Below, in pieces: positions 11,001 through 23,164 of a DNA stretch of 64,000 nt. The notes below the pieces were generated by a model. It searched no databases and was not told the DNA's origin. It saw only the letters and a program-made list of their open reading frames with translations. Each line of letters opens with the position of its first letter. Within the stretch, counting starts at the first letter, position 1. The translations under genes were made by a program, and so were the position numbers. The stretch is from the NCBI GenBank assembly GCA_964057225.1, contig OZ059899.1, positions 3,906,001 to 3,970,000 on the forward strand. The letters run 5' to 3'. This DNA comes from Auanema rhodensis (taxonomy: Eukaryota; Animalia; Nematoda).

Positions 11001-14000
11001 GTCCATCGTCTTTGCCTTGAAAAAAGGAATCTAAAAACATCTACTTTTTGCTAAATTATTCTGAAATTTTTTGAAAAAATTTTTGTCAAAATGTTTTTGG
11101 AAGCAATGTTGAGTGTACATGGAAACTCAACATACACTAATGCATCATTTTTCAAACGATCATAACTAATTTTTGTATCAAGTGTTTCTCAATGTAGTAT
11201 AGTGCATTCGATGCGGATTTTTAAGCTGCGTCGATCTGTGTTATCAGATTTGCGCTAGCTTAAAAATGCACCGAGATATCAACTGATATAAGTTCACACT
11301 TATATCCTCGATTTTCACCCTGAAGAATTAATTTTTTCGTTGAATAACATTGTCCATCGTCTTTGCCTTGAAAAATGGAATCTAAAAACATCTACTTTTT
11401 GCTAAATTATTTTGAAATTTTTCGAAAAAATTTTTGTCAAAATGTTTTTGGAAGCAATGTTGAGTGTACATGGAAACTCAACATACACTAATGCATCATT
11501 TTTCAAACGATCATAACTAATTTTTGTATTAAGCGTTTCTCAATGTAGTATAGTGCATTCGATGCGGATTTTTAAGCTGCGTCGATCTGTGTTATCAGAT
11601 TTGCGCTAGCTTAAAAATGCACCGAGATATCAACTGATATAAGTTCACACTTATATCCTCGATTTTCACCCTGAAGAATTAATTTTTTCGTTGAATAACC
11701 TTGTCCATCGTCTTTTCCTTGAAAAATGGAATCTAAAAACATCTACTTTTTGCTAAATTATTTTGAAATTTTTCGAAAAAATTTTTGTCAAAATGTTTTT
11801 GGAAGCAATGTTGAGTGTACATGGAAACTCAACATACACTAATGCATCATTTTTCAAACAATCATAACTAATTTTTGTATTAAGCGTTTCTCAATGTAGT
11901 ATAGTGCATTCGATGCGGATTTTCAAGCTGCGTCGATCTGTGTTATCAGATTTGCGCTAGCTTAAAAATGCACCGAGATATCAACTGATATAAGTTCACA
12001 CATATATACCCGATTTTCACCCTGAAGAATTAATTTTTTCGTTGAATAACATTGTCCATCGTCTTTGCCTTGAAAAAAGGAATCTAAAAACATCTACTTT
12101 TTGCTAAATTATTTTGAAATTTTTCGAAAAAATTTTTGTCAAAATGTTTTTGGAAGCAATGTTGAGTGTACATGGAAACTCAACATACACTAATGCATCA
12201 TTTTTCAAACGATCATAACTAATTTTTGTATTAAGCGTTTCTCAATGTAGTAAAGTGCATTCGATGCGGATTTTCAAGCTGCGTCGATCTGTGTTATCAG
12301 ATTTGCGCTAGCTTAAAAATGCACCGAGATATCAACTGATATAAGTTCACACATATATACCCGATTTTCACCCTGAAGAATTAATTTTTTCGTTGAATAA
12401 CATTGTCCATCGTCTTTGCCTTGAAAAAAGGAATCCAAAAACATCTACTTTTTGCTAAAATATTCTGAAATTTTTTGAAAAAATTTTTGTCAAAATGTTT
12501 TTGGAAGCAATGTTGAGTGTACATGGAAACTCAACATACACTAATGCATCATTTTTCAAACGATCATAACTAATTTTTGTATCAAGTGTTTCTCAATGTA
12601 GTATAGTGCATTCGATGCGGATTTTTAAGCTGCGTCGATCTGTGTTATCAGATTTGCGCTAGCTTAAAAATGCACCGAGATATCAACTGATATAAGTTCA
12701 CACTTATATCCTCGATTTTCACCCTGAAGAATTAATTTTTTCGTTGAATAACATTGTCAATCGTCTTTGCCTTGAAAAATGGAATCTAAAAACATCTACT
12801 TTTTGCTAAATTATTTTGAAATTTTTCGAAAAAATTTTTGTCAAAATGTTTTTGGAAGCAATGTTGAGTGTACATGGAAACTCAACATACACTAATGCAT
12901 CATTTTTCAAACGATCATAACTAATTTTTGTATCAAGTGTTTCTCAATGTAGTATAGTGCATTCGATGCGGATTTTTAAGCTGCGTCGATCTGTGTTATC
13001 AGATTTGCGCTAGCTTAAAAATGCACCGAGATATCAACTGATATAAGTTCACACTTATATCCTCGATTTTCACCCTGAAGAATTAATTTTTTCGTTGAAT
13101 AACATTGTCCATCGTCTTTGCCTTAAAAAATGGAATCTAAAAACATCTACTTTTTGCTAAATTATTTTGAAATTTTTCGAAAAAATTTTTGTCAAAATGT
13201 TTTTGGAAGCAATGTTGAGTGTACATGGAAACTCAACATACACTAATGCATCATTTTTCAAACGATCATAACTAATTTTTGTATCAAGTGTTTCTCAATG
13301 TAGTATAGTGCATTCGATGCGGATTTTTAAGCTGCGTCGATCTGTGTTATCAGATTTGCGCTAGCTTAAAAATGCACCGAGATATCAACTGATATAAGTT
13401 CACACTTATATCCTCGATTTTCACCCTGAAGAATTAATTTTTTCGTTGAATAACATTGTCCATCGTCTTTGCCTTGAAATAAGGAATCTAAAAACATCTA
13501 CTTTTTGCTAAATTATTTTGAAATTTTTCGAAAAAATTTTTGTCAAAATGTTTTTGGAAGCAATGTTGAGTGTACATGGAAACTCAACATACACTAATGC
13601 ATCATTTTTCAAACGATCATAACTAATTTTTGTATTAAGCGTTTCTCAATGTAGTATAGTGCATTCGATGCGGATTTTCAAGCTGCGTCGATCTGTGTTA
13701 TCAGATTTGCGCTAGCTTAAAAATGCACCGAGATATCAACTGATATAAGTTCACACATATATACCCGATTTTCACCCTGAAGAATTAATTTTTTCGTTGA
13801 ATAACATTGTCCATCGTCTTTGCCTTGAAAAAAGGAATCTAAAAACATCTACTTTTCGCTAAATTATTCTGAAATTTTTCGAAAAAATTTTTGTCAAAAT
13901 GTTTTTGGAAGCAATGTTGAGTGTACATGGAAACTCAACATACACTAATGCATCATTTTTCAAACGATCATAACTAATTTTTGTATCAAGTGTTTCTCAA

Positions 14001-16146
14001 TGTAGTATAGTGCATTCGATGCGGATTTTTAAGCTGCGTCGATCTGTGTTATCAGATTTGCGCTAGCTTAAAAATGCACCGAGATATCAACTGATATAAG
14101 TTCACACTTATATCCTCGATTTTCACCCTGAAGAATTAATTTTTTCGTTGAATAACATTGTCCATCGTCTTTGCCTTGAAAAATGGAATCTAAAAACATC
14201 TACTTTTTGCTAAATTATTTTGAAATTTTTCGAAAAAATTTTTGTCAAAATGTTTTTGGAAGCAATGTTGAGTGTACATGGAAACTCAACATACACTAAT
14301 GCATCATTTTTCAAACGATCATAACTAATTTTTGTATCAAGTGTTTCTCAATGTAGTATAGTGCATTCGATGCGGATTTTTAAGCTGCGTCGATCTGTGT
14401 TATCAGATTTGCGCTAGCTTAAAAATGCACCGAGATATCAACTGATATAAGTTCACACTTATATCCTCGATTTTCACCCTGAAGAATTAATTTTTTCGTT
14501 GAATAACATTGTCCATCGTCTTTGCCTTGAAAAATGGAATCTAAAAACATCTACTTTTTGCTAAATTATTTTGAAATTTTTCGAAAAAATTTTTGTCAAA
14601 ATGTTTTTGGAAGCAATGTTGAGTGTACATGGAAACTCAACATACACTAATGCATCATTTTTCAAACGATCATAACTAATTTTTGTATTAAGCGTTTCTC
14701 AATGTAGTATAGTGCATTCGATGCGGATTTTTAAGCTGCGTCGATCTGTGTTATCAGATTTGCGCTAGCTTAAAAATGCACCGAGATATCAACTGATATA
14801 AGTTCACACTTATATCCTCGATTTTCACCCTGAAGAATTAATTTTTTCGTTGAATAACCTTGTCCATCGTCTTTTCCTTGAAAAATGGAATCTAAAAACA
14901 TCTACTTTTTGCTAAATTATTTTGAAATTTTTCGAAAAAATTTTTGTCAAAATGTTTTTGGAAGCAATGTTGAGTGTACATGGAAACTCAACATACACTA
15001 ATGCATCATTTTTCAAACGATCATAACTAATTTTTGTATTAAGCGTTTCTCAATGTATTATAGTGCATTCGATGCGGATTTTCAAGCTGCGTCGATCTGT
15101 GTTATCAGATTTGCGCTAGCTTAAAAATGCACCGAGATATCAACTGATATAAGTTCACACATATATACCCGATTTTCACCCTGAAGAATTAATTTTTTCG
15201 TTGAATAACATTGTCCATCGTCTTTGCCTTGAAAAAAGGAATCTAAAAACATCTACTTTTTGCTAAATTATTCTGAAATTTTTTGAAAAAATTTTTGTCA
15301 AAATGTTTTTGGAAGCAATGTTGAGTGTACATGGAAACTCAACATACACTAATGCATCATTTTTCAAACGATCATAACTAATTTTTGTATCAAGTGTTTC
15401 TCAATGTAGTATAGTGCATTCGATGCGGATTTTTAAGCTGCGTCGATCTGTGTTATCAGATTTGCGCTAGCTTAAAAATGCACCGAGATATCAACTGATA
15501 TAAGTTCACACTTATATCCTCGATTTTCACCCTGAAGAATTAATTTTTTCGTTGAATAACATTGTCCATCGTCTTTGCCTTGAAAAATGGAATCTAAAAA
15601 CATCTACTTTTTGCTAAATTATTTTGAAATTTTTCGAAAAAATTTTTGTCAAAATGTTTTTGGAAGCAATGTTGAGTGTACATGGAAACTCAACATACAC
15701 TAATGCATCATTTTTCAATCGATCATAACTAATTTTTGTATTAAGCGTTTCTCAATGTAGTATAGTGCATTCGATGCGGATTTTTAAGCTGCGTCGATCT
15801 GTGTTATCAGATTTGCGCTAGCTTAAAAATGCACCGAGATATCAACTGATATAAGTTCACACTTATATCCTCGATTTTCACCCTGAAGAATTAATTTTTT
15901 CGTTGAATAACCTTGTCCATCGTCTTTTCCTTGAAAAATGGAATCTAAAAACATCTACTTTTTGCTAAATTATTTTGAAATTTTTCGAAAAAATTTTTGT
16001 CAAAATGTTTTTGGAAGCAATGTTGAGTGTACATGGAAACTCAACATACACTAATGCATCATTTTTCAAACGATCATAACTAATTTTTGTATTAAGCGTT
16101 TCTCAATGTATTATAGTGCATTCGATGCGGATTTTCAAGCTGCGTC
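7723..16146. repeat. 12-monomer (4212-bp) duplication, M23-34 / M35-46
   Basis: C123A at 8547/12759 and G138A at 8913/13125; GAAATAAGG in M27/M39 and TTTTCGCT in M28/M40. All are spaced 4212 bp apart. Confidence 0.9.
14093..14114. other. 9-bp perfect inverted repeat with 4-nt loop at monomer pos 53-74 (example in M41)
   Basis: GATATAAGT-TCAC-ACTTATATC in the commonest monomer type; disrupted in variant monomers. Confidence 0.9.
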
Positions 16147-18954
16147 GATCTGTGTTATCAGATTTGCGCTAGCTTAAAAATGCACCGAGATATCAACTGA
16201 TATAAGTTCACACATATATACCCGATTTTCACCCTGAAGAATTAATTTTTTCGTTGAATAACATTGTCCATCGTCTTTGCCTTGAAAAAAGGAATCTAAA
16301 AACATCTACTTTTTGCTAAATTATTCTGAAATTTTTTGAAAAAATTTTTGTCAAAATGTTTTTGGAAGCAATGTTGAGTGTACATGGAAACTCAACATAC
16401 ACTAATGCATCATTTTTCAAACGATCATAACTAATTTTTGTATCAAGTGTTTCTCAATGTAGTATAGTGCATTCGATGCGGATTTTTAAGCTGCGTCGAT
16501 CTGTGTTATCAGATTTGCGCTAGCTTAAAAATGCACCGAGATATCAACTGATATAAGTTCACACTTATATCCTCGATTTTCACCCTGAAGAATTAATTTT
16601 TTCGTTGAATAACATTGTCCATCGTCTTTGCCTTGAAAAATGGAATCTAAAAACATCTACTTTTTGCTAAATTATTCTGAAATTTTTCGAAAAAATTTTT
16701 GTCAAAATGTTTTTGGAAGCAATGTTGAGTGTACATGGAAACTCAACATACACTAATGCATCATTTTTCAAACGATCATAACTAATTTTTGTATCAAGTG
16801 TTTCTCAATGTAGTATAGTGCATTCGATGCGGATTTTTAAGCTGCGTCGATCTGTGTTATCAGATTTGCGCTAGCTTAAAAATGCACCGAGATATCAACT
16901 TTTATAAGTTTACACTTATATCCTCGATTTTCACCCTGAAGAATTAATTTTTTCGTTGAATAACATTGTCCATCGTCTTTGCCTTGAAAAATGAAATCTA
17001 AAAACATCTACTTTTTGCTAAATTATTTTGAAATTTTTCGAAAAAATTTTTGTCAAAATGTTTTTGGAAGCAATGTTGAGTGTACATGGAAACTCAACAT
17101 ACACTAATGCATCATTTTTCAAACGATTATAACTAATTTTTGTATCAAGCGTTTCTCAATGTAGTATAGTGCATTCGATGCGGATTTTTAAGCTGCGTCG
17201 ATCTGTGTTATCAGATTTGCGCTAGCTTAAAAATGCACCGAGATATCAACTTTTATAAGTTCACACTTATATCCTCGATTTTCACCCTGAAGAATTAATT
17301 TTTTCGTTGAATAACCTTGTCCATCGTCTTTTCCTTGAAAAATGGAATCTAAAAACATCTACTTTTTGCTAAATTATTTTGAAATTTTTCGAAAAAATTT
17401 TTGTCAAAATGTTTTTGGAAGCAATGTTGAGTGTACATGGAAACTCAACATACACTAATGCATCATTTTTCAAACGATCATAACTAATTTTTGTATTAAG
17501 CGTTTCTCAATGTATTATAGTGCATTCGATGCGGATTTTCAAGCTGCGTCGATCTGTGTTATCAGATTTGCGCTAGCTTAAAAATGCACCGAGATATCAA
17601 CTGATATAAGTTCACACATATATACCCGATTTTCACCCTGAAGAATTAATTTTTTCGTTGAATAACATTGTCCATCGTCTTTGCCTTGAAAAAAGGAATC
17701 TAAAAACATCTACTTTTTGCTAAATTATTCTGAAATTTTTTGAAAAAATTTTTGTCAAAATGTTTTTGGAAGCAATGTTGAGTGTACATGGAAACTCAAC
17801 ATACACTAATGCATCATTTTTCAAACGATCATAACTAATTTTTGTATCAAGTGTTTCTCAATGTAGTATAGTGCATTCGATGCGGATTTTTAAGCTGCGT
17901 CGATCTGTGTTATCAGATTTGCGCTAGCTTAAAAATGCACCGAGATATCAACTGATATAAGTTCACACTTATATCCTCGATTTTCACCCTGAAGAATTAA
18001 TTTTTTCGTTGAATAACATTGTCCATCGTCTTTGCCTTGAAAAATGGAATCTAAAAACATCTACTTTTTGCTAAATTATTTTGAAATTTTTCGAAAAAAT
18101 TTTTGTCAAAATGTTTTTGGAAGCAATGTTGAGTGTACATGGAAACTCAACATACACTAATGCATCATTTTTCAAACGATCATAACTAATTTTTGTATCA
18201 AGTGTTTCTCAATGTAGTATAGTGCATTCGATGCGGATTTTTAAGCTGCGTCGATCTGTGTTATCAGATTTGCGCTAGCTTAAAAATGCACCGAGATATC
18301 AACTTTTATAAGTTTACACTTATATCCTCGATTTTCACCCTGAAGAATTAATTTTTTCGTTGAATAACATTGTCCATCGTCTTTGCCTTGAAAAATGAAA
18401 TCTAAAAACATCTACTTTTTGCTAAATTATTTTGAAATTTTTCGAAAAAATTTTTGTCAAAATGTTTTTGGAAGCAATGTTGAGTGTACATGGAAACTCA
18501 ACATACACTAATGCATCATTTTTCAAACGATTATAACTAATTTTTGTATCAAGTGTTTCTCAATGTAGTATAGTGCATTCGATGCGGATTTTTAAGCTGC
18601 GTCGATCTGTGTTATCAGATTTGCGCTAGCTTAAAAATGCACCGAGATATCAACTGATATAAGTTCACACTTATATCCTCGATTTTCACCCTGAAGAATT
18701 AATTTTTTCGTTGAATAACATTGTCCATCGTCTTTGCCTTGAAAAATGGAATCTAAAAACATCTACTTTTTGCTAAATTATTTTGAAATTTTTCGAAAAA
18801 ATTTTTGTCAAAATGTTTTTGGAAGCAATGTTGAGTGTACATGGAAACTCAACATACACTAATGCATCATTTTTCAAACGATCATAACTAATTTTTGTAT
18901 CAAGTGTTTCTCAATGTAGTATAGTGCATTCGATGCGGATTTTTAAGCTGCGTC

Positions 18955-20358
18955 GATCTGTGTTATCAGATTTGCGCTAGCTTAAAAATGCACCGAGATA
19001 TCAACTTTTATAAGTTTACACTTATATCCTCGATTTTCACCCTGAAGAATTAATTTTTTCGTTGAATAACATTGTCCATCGTCTTTGCCTTGAAAAATGA
19101 AATCTAAAAACATCTACTTTTTGCTAAATTATTTTGAAATTTTTCGAAAAAATTTTTGTCAAAATGTTTTTGGAAGCAATGTTGAGTGTACATGGAAACT
19201 CAACATACACTAATGCATCATTTTTCAAACGATTATAACTAATTTTTGTATCAAGCGTTTCTCAATGTAGTATAGTGCATTCGATGCGGATTTTTAAGCT
19301 GCGTCGATCTGTGTTATCAGATTTGCGCTAGCTTAAAAATGCACCGAGATATCAACTTTTATAAGTTCACACTTATATCCTCGATTTTCACCCTGAAGAA
19401 TTAATTTTTTCGTTAAATAACATTGTCCATCGTCTTTGCCTTGAAAAAAGGAATCTAAAAACATCTACTTTTTGCTAAATTATTTTGAAATTTTTCGAAA
19501 ACATTTTTGTCAAAATGTTTTTGGAAGCAATGTTGAGTGTACATGGAAACACAACATACACTAATGCATCATTTTTCAAACAATCATAACTAATTTTTGT
19601 ATTAAGCGTTTCTCAATGTAGTATAGTGCATTCGATGCGGATTTTTAAGCTGCGTCGATCTGTGTTATCAGATTTGCGCTAGCTTAAAAATGCACCGAGA
19701 TATCAACTTTTATAAGTTTACACTTATATCCTCGATTTTCACCCTGAAGAATTAATTTTTTCGTTGAATAACATTGTCCATCGTCTTTGCCTTGAAAAAT
19801 GAAATCTAAAAACATCTACTTTTTGCTAAATTATTTTGAAATTTTTCGAAAAAATTTTTGTCAAAATGTTTTTGGAAGCAATGTTGAGTGTACATGGAAA
19901 CTCAACATACACTAATGCATCATTTTTCAAACGATTATAACTAATTTTTGTATCAAGCGTTTCTCAATGTAGTATAGTGCATTCGATGCGGATTTTTAAG
20001 CTGCGTCGATCTGTGTTATCAGATTTGCGCTAGCTTAAAAATGCACCGAGATATCAACTTTTATAAGTTCACACTTATATCCTCGATTTTCACCCTGAAG
20101 AATTAATTTTTTCGTTAAATAACATTGTCCATCGTCTTTGCCTTGAAAAAAGGAATCTAAAAACATCTACTTTTCGCTAAATTATTTTGAAATTTTTCGA
20201 AAACATTTTTGTCAAAATGTTTTTGGAAGCAATGTTGAGTGTACATGGAAACACAACATACACTAATGCATCATTTTTCAAACAATCATAACTAATTTTT
20301 GTATTAAGCGTTTCTCAATGTAGTATAGTGCATTCGATGCGGATTTTTAAGCTGCGTC
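18955..20358. repeat. 2-monomer (702-bp) duplication, M55-56 / M57-58
   Basis: M56 and M58 share the private variants CGTTAAAT, GAAAACATTTTT and GAAACACAAC; M55 and M57 are the same type. Confidence 0.85.
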
Positions 20359-21060
20359 GATCTGTGTTATCAGATTTGCGCTAGCTTAAAAATGCACCGA
20401 GATATCAACTGATATAAGTTTACACTCATATCCTCGATTTTCACCCTGAAGAATTAATTTTTTCGTTGAATAACATTGTCCATCGTCTTTGCCTTGAAAA
20501 AAGGAATCTAAAAACATCTACTTTTTGCTAATTTATTTTGAAATTTTTCGAAAAAATTTTTGTCAAAATGTTTTTGGAAGCAATGTTGAGTGTACATGGA
20601 AACTCAACATACACTAATGCATCATTTTTCAAACGATCATAACTAATTTTTGTATTAAGCGTTCTTCAATGTAGTATAGTACATTCGATCCGGATTTTTA
20701 AGCTGCGTCGATCTGTGTTATCAGATTTGCGCTAGCTTAAAAATGCACCGAGATATCAACTGATATAAGTTCACACTTATATCCTCGATTTTCACCCTGA
20801 AGAATTAATTTTTTCGTTGAATAACATTGTCCATCGTCTTTGCCTTGGAAAATGGAATCTAAAAACATCTACTTTTTGCTAAATTATTCTGAAATTTTTC
20901 GAAAAAATTTTTGTCAAAATGTTTTTGGAAGCAATGTTGAGTGTACATGGAAACTCAACATACACTAATGCATCATTTTTCAAACGATTATAACTAATTT
21001 TTGTATCAAGCGTTTCTCAATGTAGTATAGTGCATTCGATGCGGATTTTTAAGCTGCGTC

Positions 21061-23164
21061 GATCTGTGTTATCAGATTTGCGCTAGCTTAAAAATGCACC
21101 GAGATATCAACTTTTATATGTTCACACTTATATCCTCGATTTTCACCCTGAAGAATTAATTTTTTCGTTGAATAACATTGTCCATCGTCTTTGCCTTGAA
21201 AAATGGAATCTAAAAACATCTACTTTTTGCTGAATTATTTTGAAATTTTTCGAAAAAATTTTTGTCAAAATGTTTTTGGAAGCAATGTTGAGTGTACATG
21301 GAAACTCAACATACACTAATGCATCATTTTTCAAACGATCATAACTAATTTTTGTATCAAGTGTTTCTCAATGTAGTATAGTGCATTCGATGCGGATTTT
21401 TAAGCTGCGTCGATCTGTGTTATCAGATTTGCGCTAGCTTAAAAATGCACCGAGATATCAACTGATATAAGTTCACACTTATATCCTCGATTTTCACCCT
21501 GAAGAATTAATTTTTTCGTTGAATAACATTGTCCATCGTCTTTGCCTTGAAAAAAGGAATCTAAAAACATCTACTTTTTGCTAAATTATTTTGAAATTTT
21601 TCGAAAAAATTTTTGTCAAAATGTTTTTGGAAGCAATGTTGAGTGTACATGGAAACTCAACATACACTAATGCATCATTTTTCAAAGAATCATAACTAAT
21701 TTTTGTATTAAGCGTTTCTCAATGTAGTATAGTGCATTCGATGCGGATTTTCAAGCTGCGTCGATCTGTGTTATCAGATTTGCGCTAGCTTAAAAATGCA
21801 CCGAGATATCAACTGATATAAGTTCACACATATATACCCGATTTTCACCCTGAAGAATTAATTTTTTCGTTGAATAACATTGTCCATCGTCTTTGCCTTG
21901 AAAAAAGGAATCTAAAAACATCTACTTTTTGTAAATTATTTTGAAATTTTTCGAAAAAATTTTTGTCAAAATGTTTTTGGAAGCAATGTTGAGTGTACAT
22001 GGAAACTCAACATACACTAATGCATCATTTTTCAAACGATTATAACTAATTTTTGTATCAAGCGTTTCTCAATGTAGTATAGTGCATTCGATGCGGATTT
22101 TTAAGCTGCGTCGATCTGTGTTATCAGATTTGCGCTAGCTTAAAAATGCACCGAGATATCAACTTTTATATGTTCACACTTATATCCTCGATTTTCACCC
22201 TGAAGAATTAATTTTTTCGTTGAATAACATTGTCCATCGTCTTTGCCTTGAAAAATGGAATCTAAAAACATCTACTTTTTGCTGAATTATTTTGAAATTT
22301 TTCGAAAAAATTTTTGTCAAAATGTTTTTGGAAGCAATGTTGAGTGTACATGGAAACTCAACATACACTAATGCATCATTTTTCAAACGATCATAACTAA
22401 TTTTTGTATCAAGTGTTTCTCAATGTAGTATAGTGCATTCGATGCGGATTTTTAAGCTGCGTCGATCTGTGTTATCAGATTTGCGCTAGCTTAAAAATGC
22501 ACCGAGATATCAACTGATATAAGTTCACACTTATATCCTCGATTTTCACCCTGAAGAATTAATTTTTTCGTTGAATAACATTGTCCATCGTCTTTGCCTT
22601 GAAAAAAGGAATCTAAAAACATCTACTTTTTGCTAAATTATTTTGAAATTTTTCGAAAAAATTTTTGTCAAAATGTTTTTGGAAGCAATGTTGAGTGTAC
22701 ATGGAAACTCAACATACACTAATGCATCATTTTTCAAAGAATCATAACTAATTTTTGTATTAAGCGTTTCTCAATGTAGTATAGTGCATTCGATGCGGAT
22801 TTTCAAGCTGCGTCGATCTGTGTTATCAGATTTGCGCTAGCTTAAAAATGCACCGAGATATCAACTGATATAAGTTCACACATATATACCCGATTTTCAC
22901 CCTGAAGAATTAATTTTTTCGTTGAATAACATTGTCCATCGTCTTTGCCTTGAAAAAAGGAATCTAAAAACATCTACTTTTTGTAAATTATTTTGAAATT
23001 TTTCGAAAAAATTTTTGTCAAAATGTTTTTGGAAGCAATGTTGAGTGTACATGGAAACTCAACATACACTAATGCATCATTTTTCAAACGATCATAACTA
23101 ATTTTTGTATTAAGCGTTTCTCAATGTAGTATAGTGCATTCGATGCGGATTTTTAAGCTGCGTC
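21061..23164. repeat. 3-monomer (1052-bp) duplication, M61-63 / M64-66, carrying the only indel seen
   Basis: C170 is deleted after 21931 and after 22983. GCTGAATT and CAAAGAAT variants and the two ORFs (21143/22195) are also 1052 bp apart. Confidence 0.92.

Noticed and set aside
21143-21334. 63-aa minus-strand ORF (also 22195-22386)
   Set aside because: It exists only because A172G removes a TAG present in almost all other monomers. The second copy is part of the 1052-bp duplication. The K/F/I-rich composition mirrors the A/T tracts and I recognise no domain.
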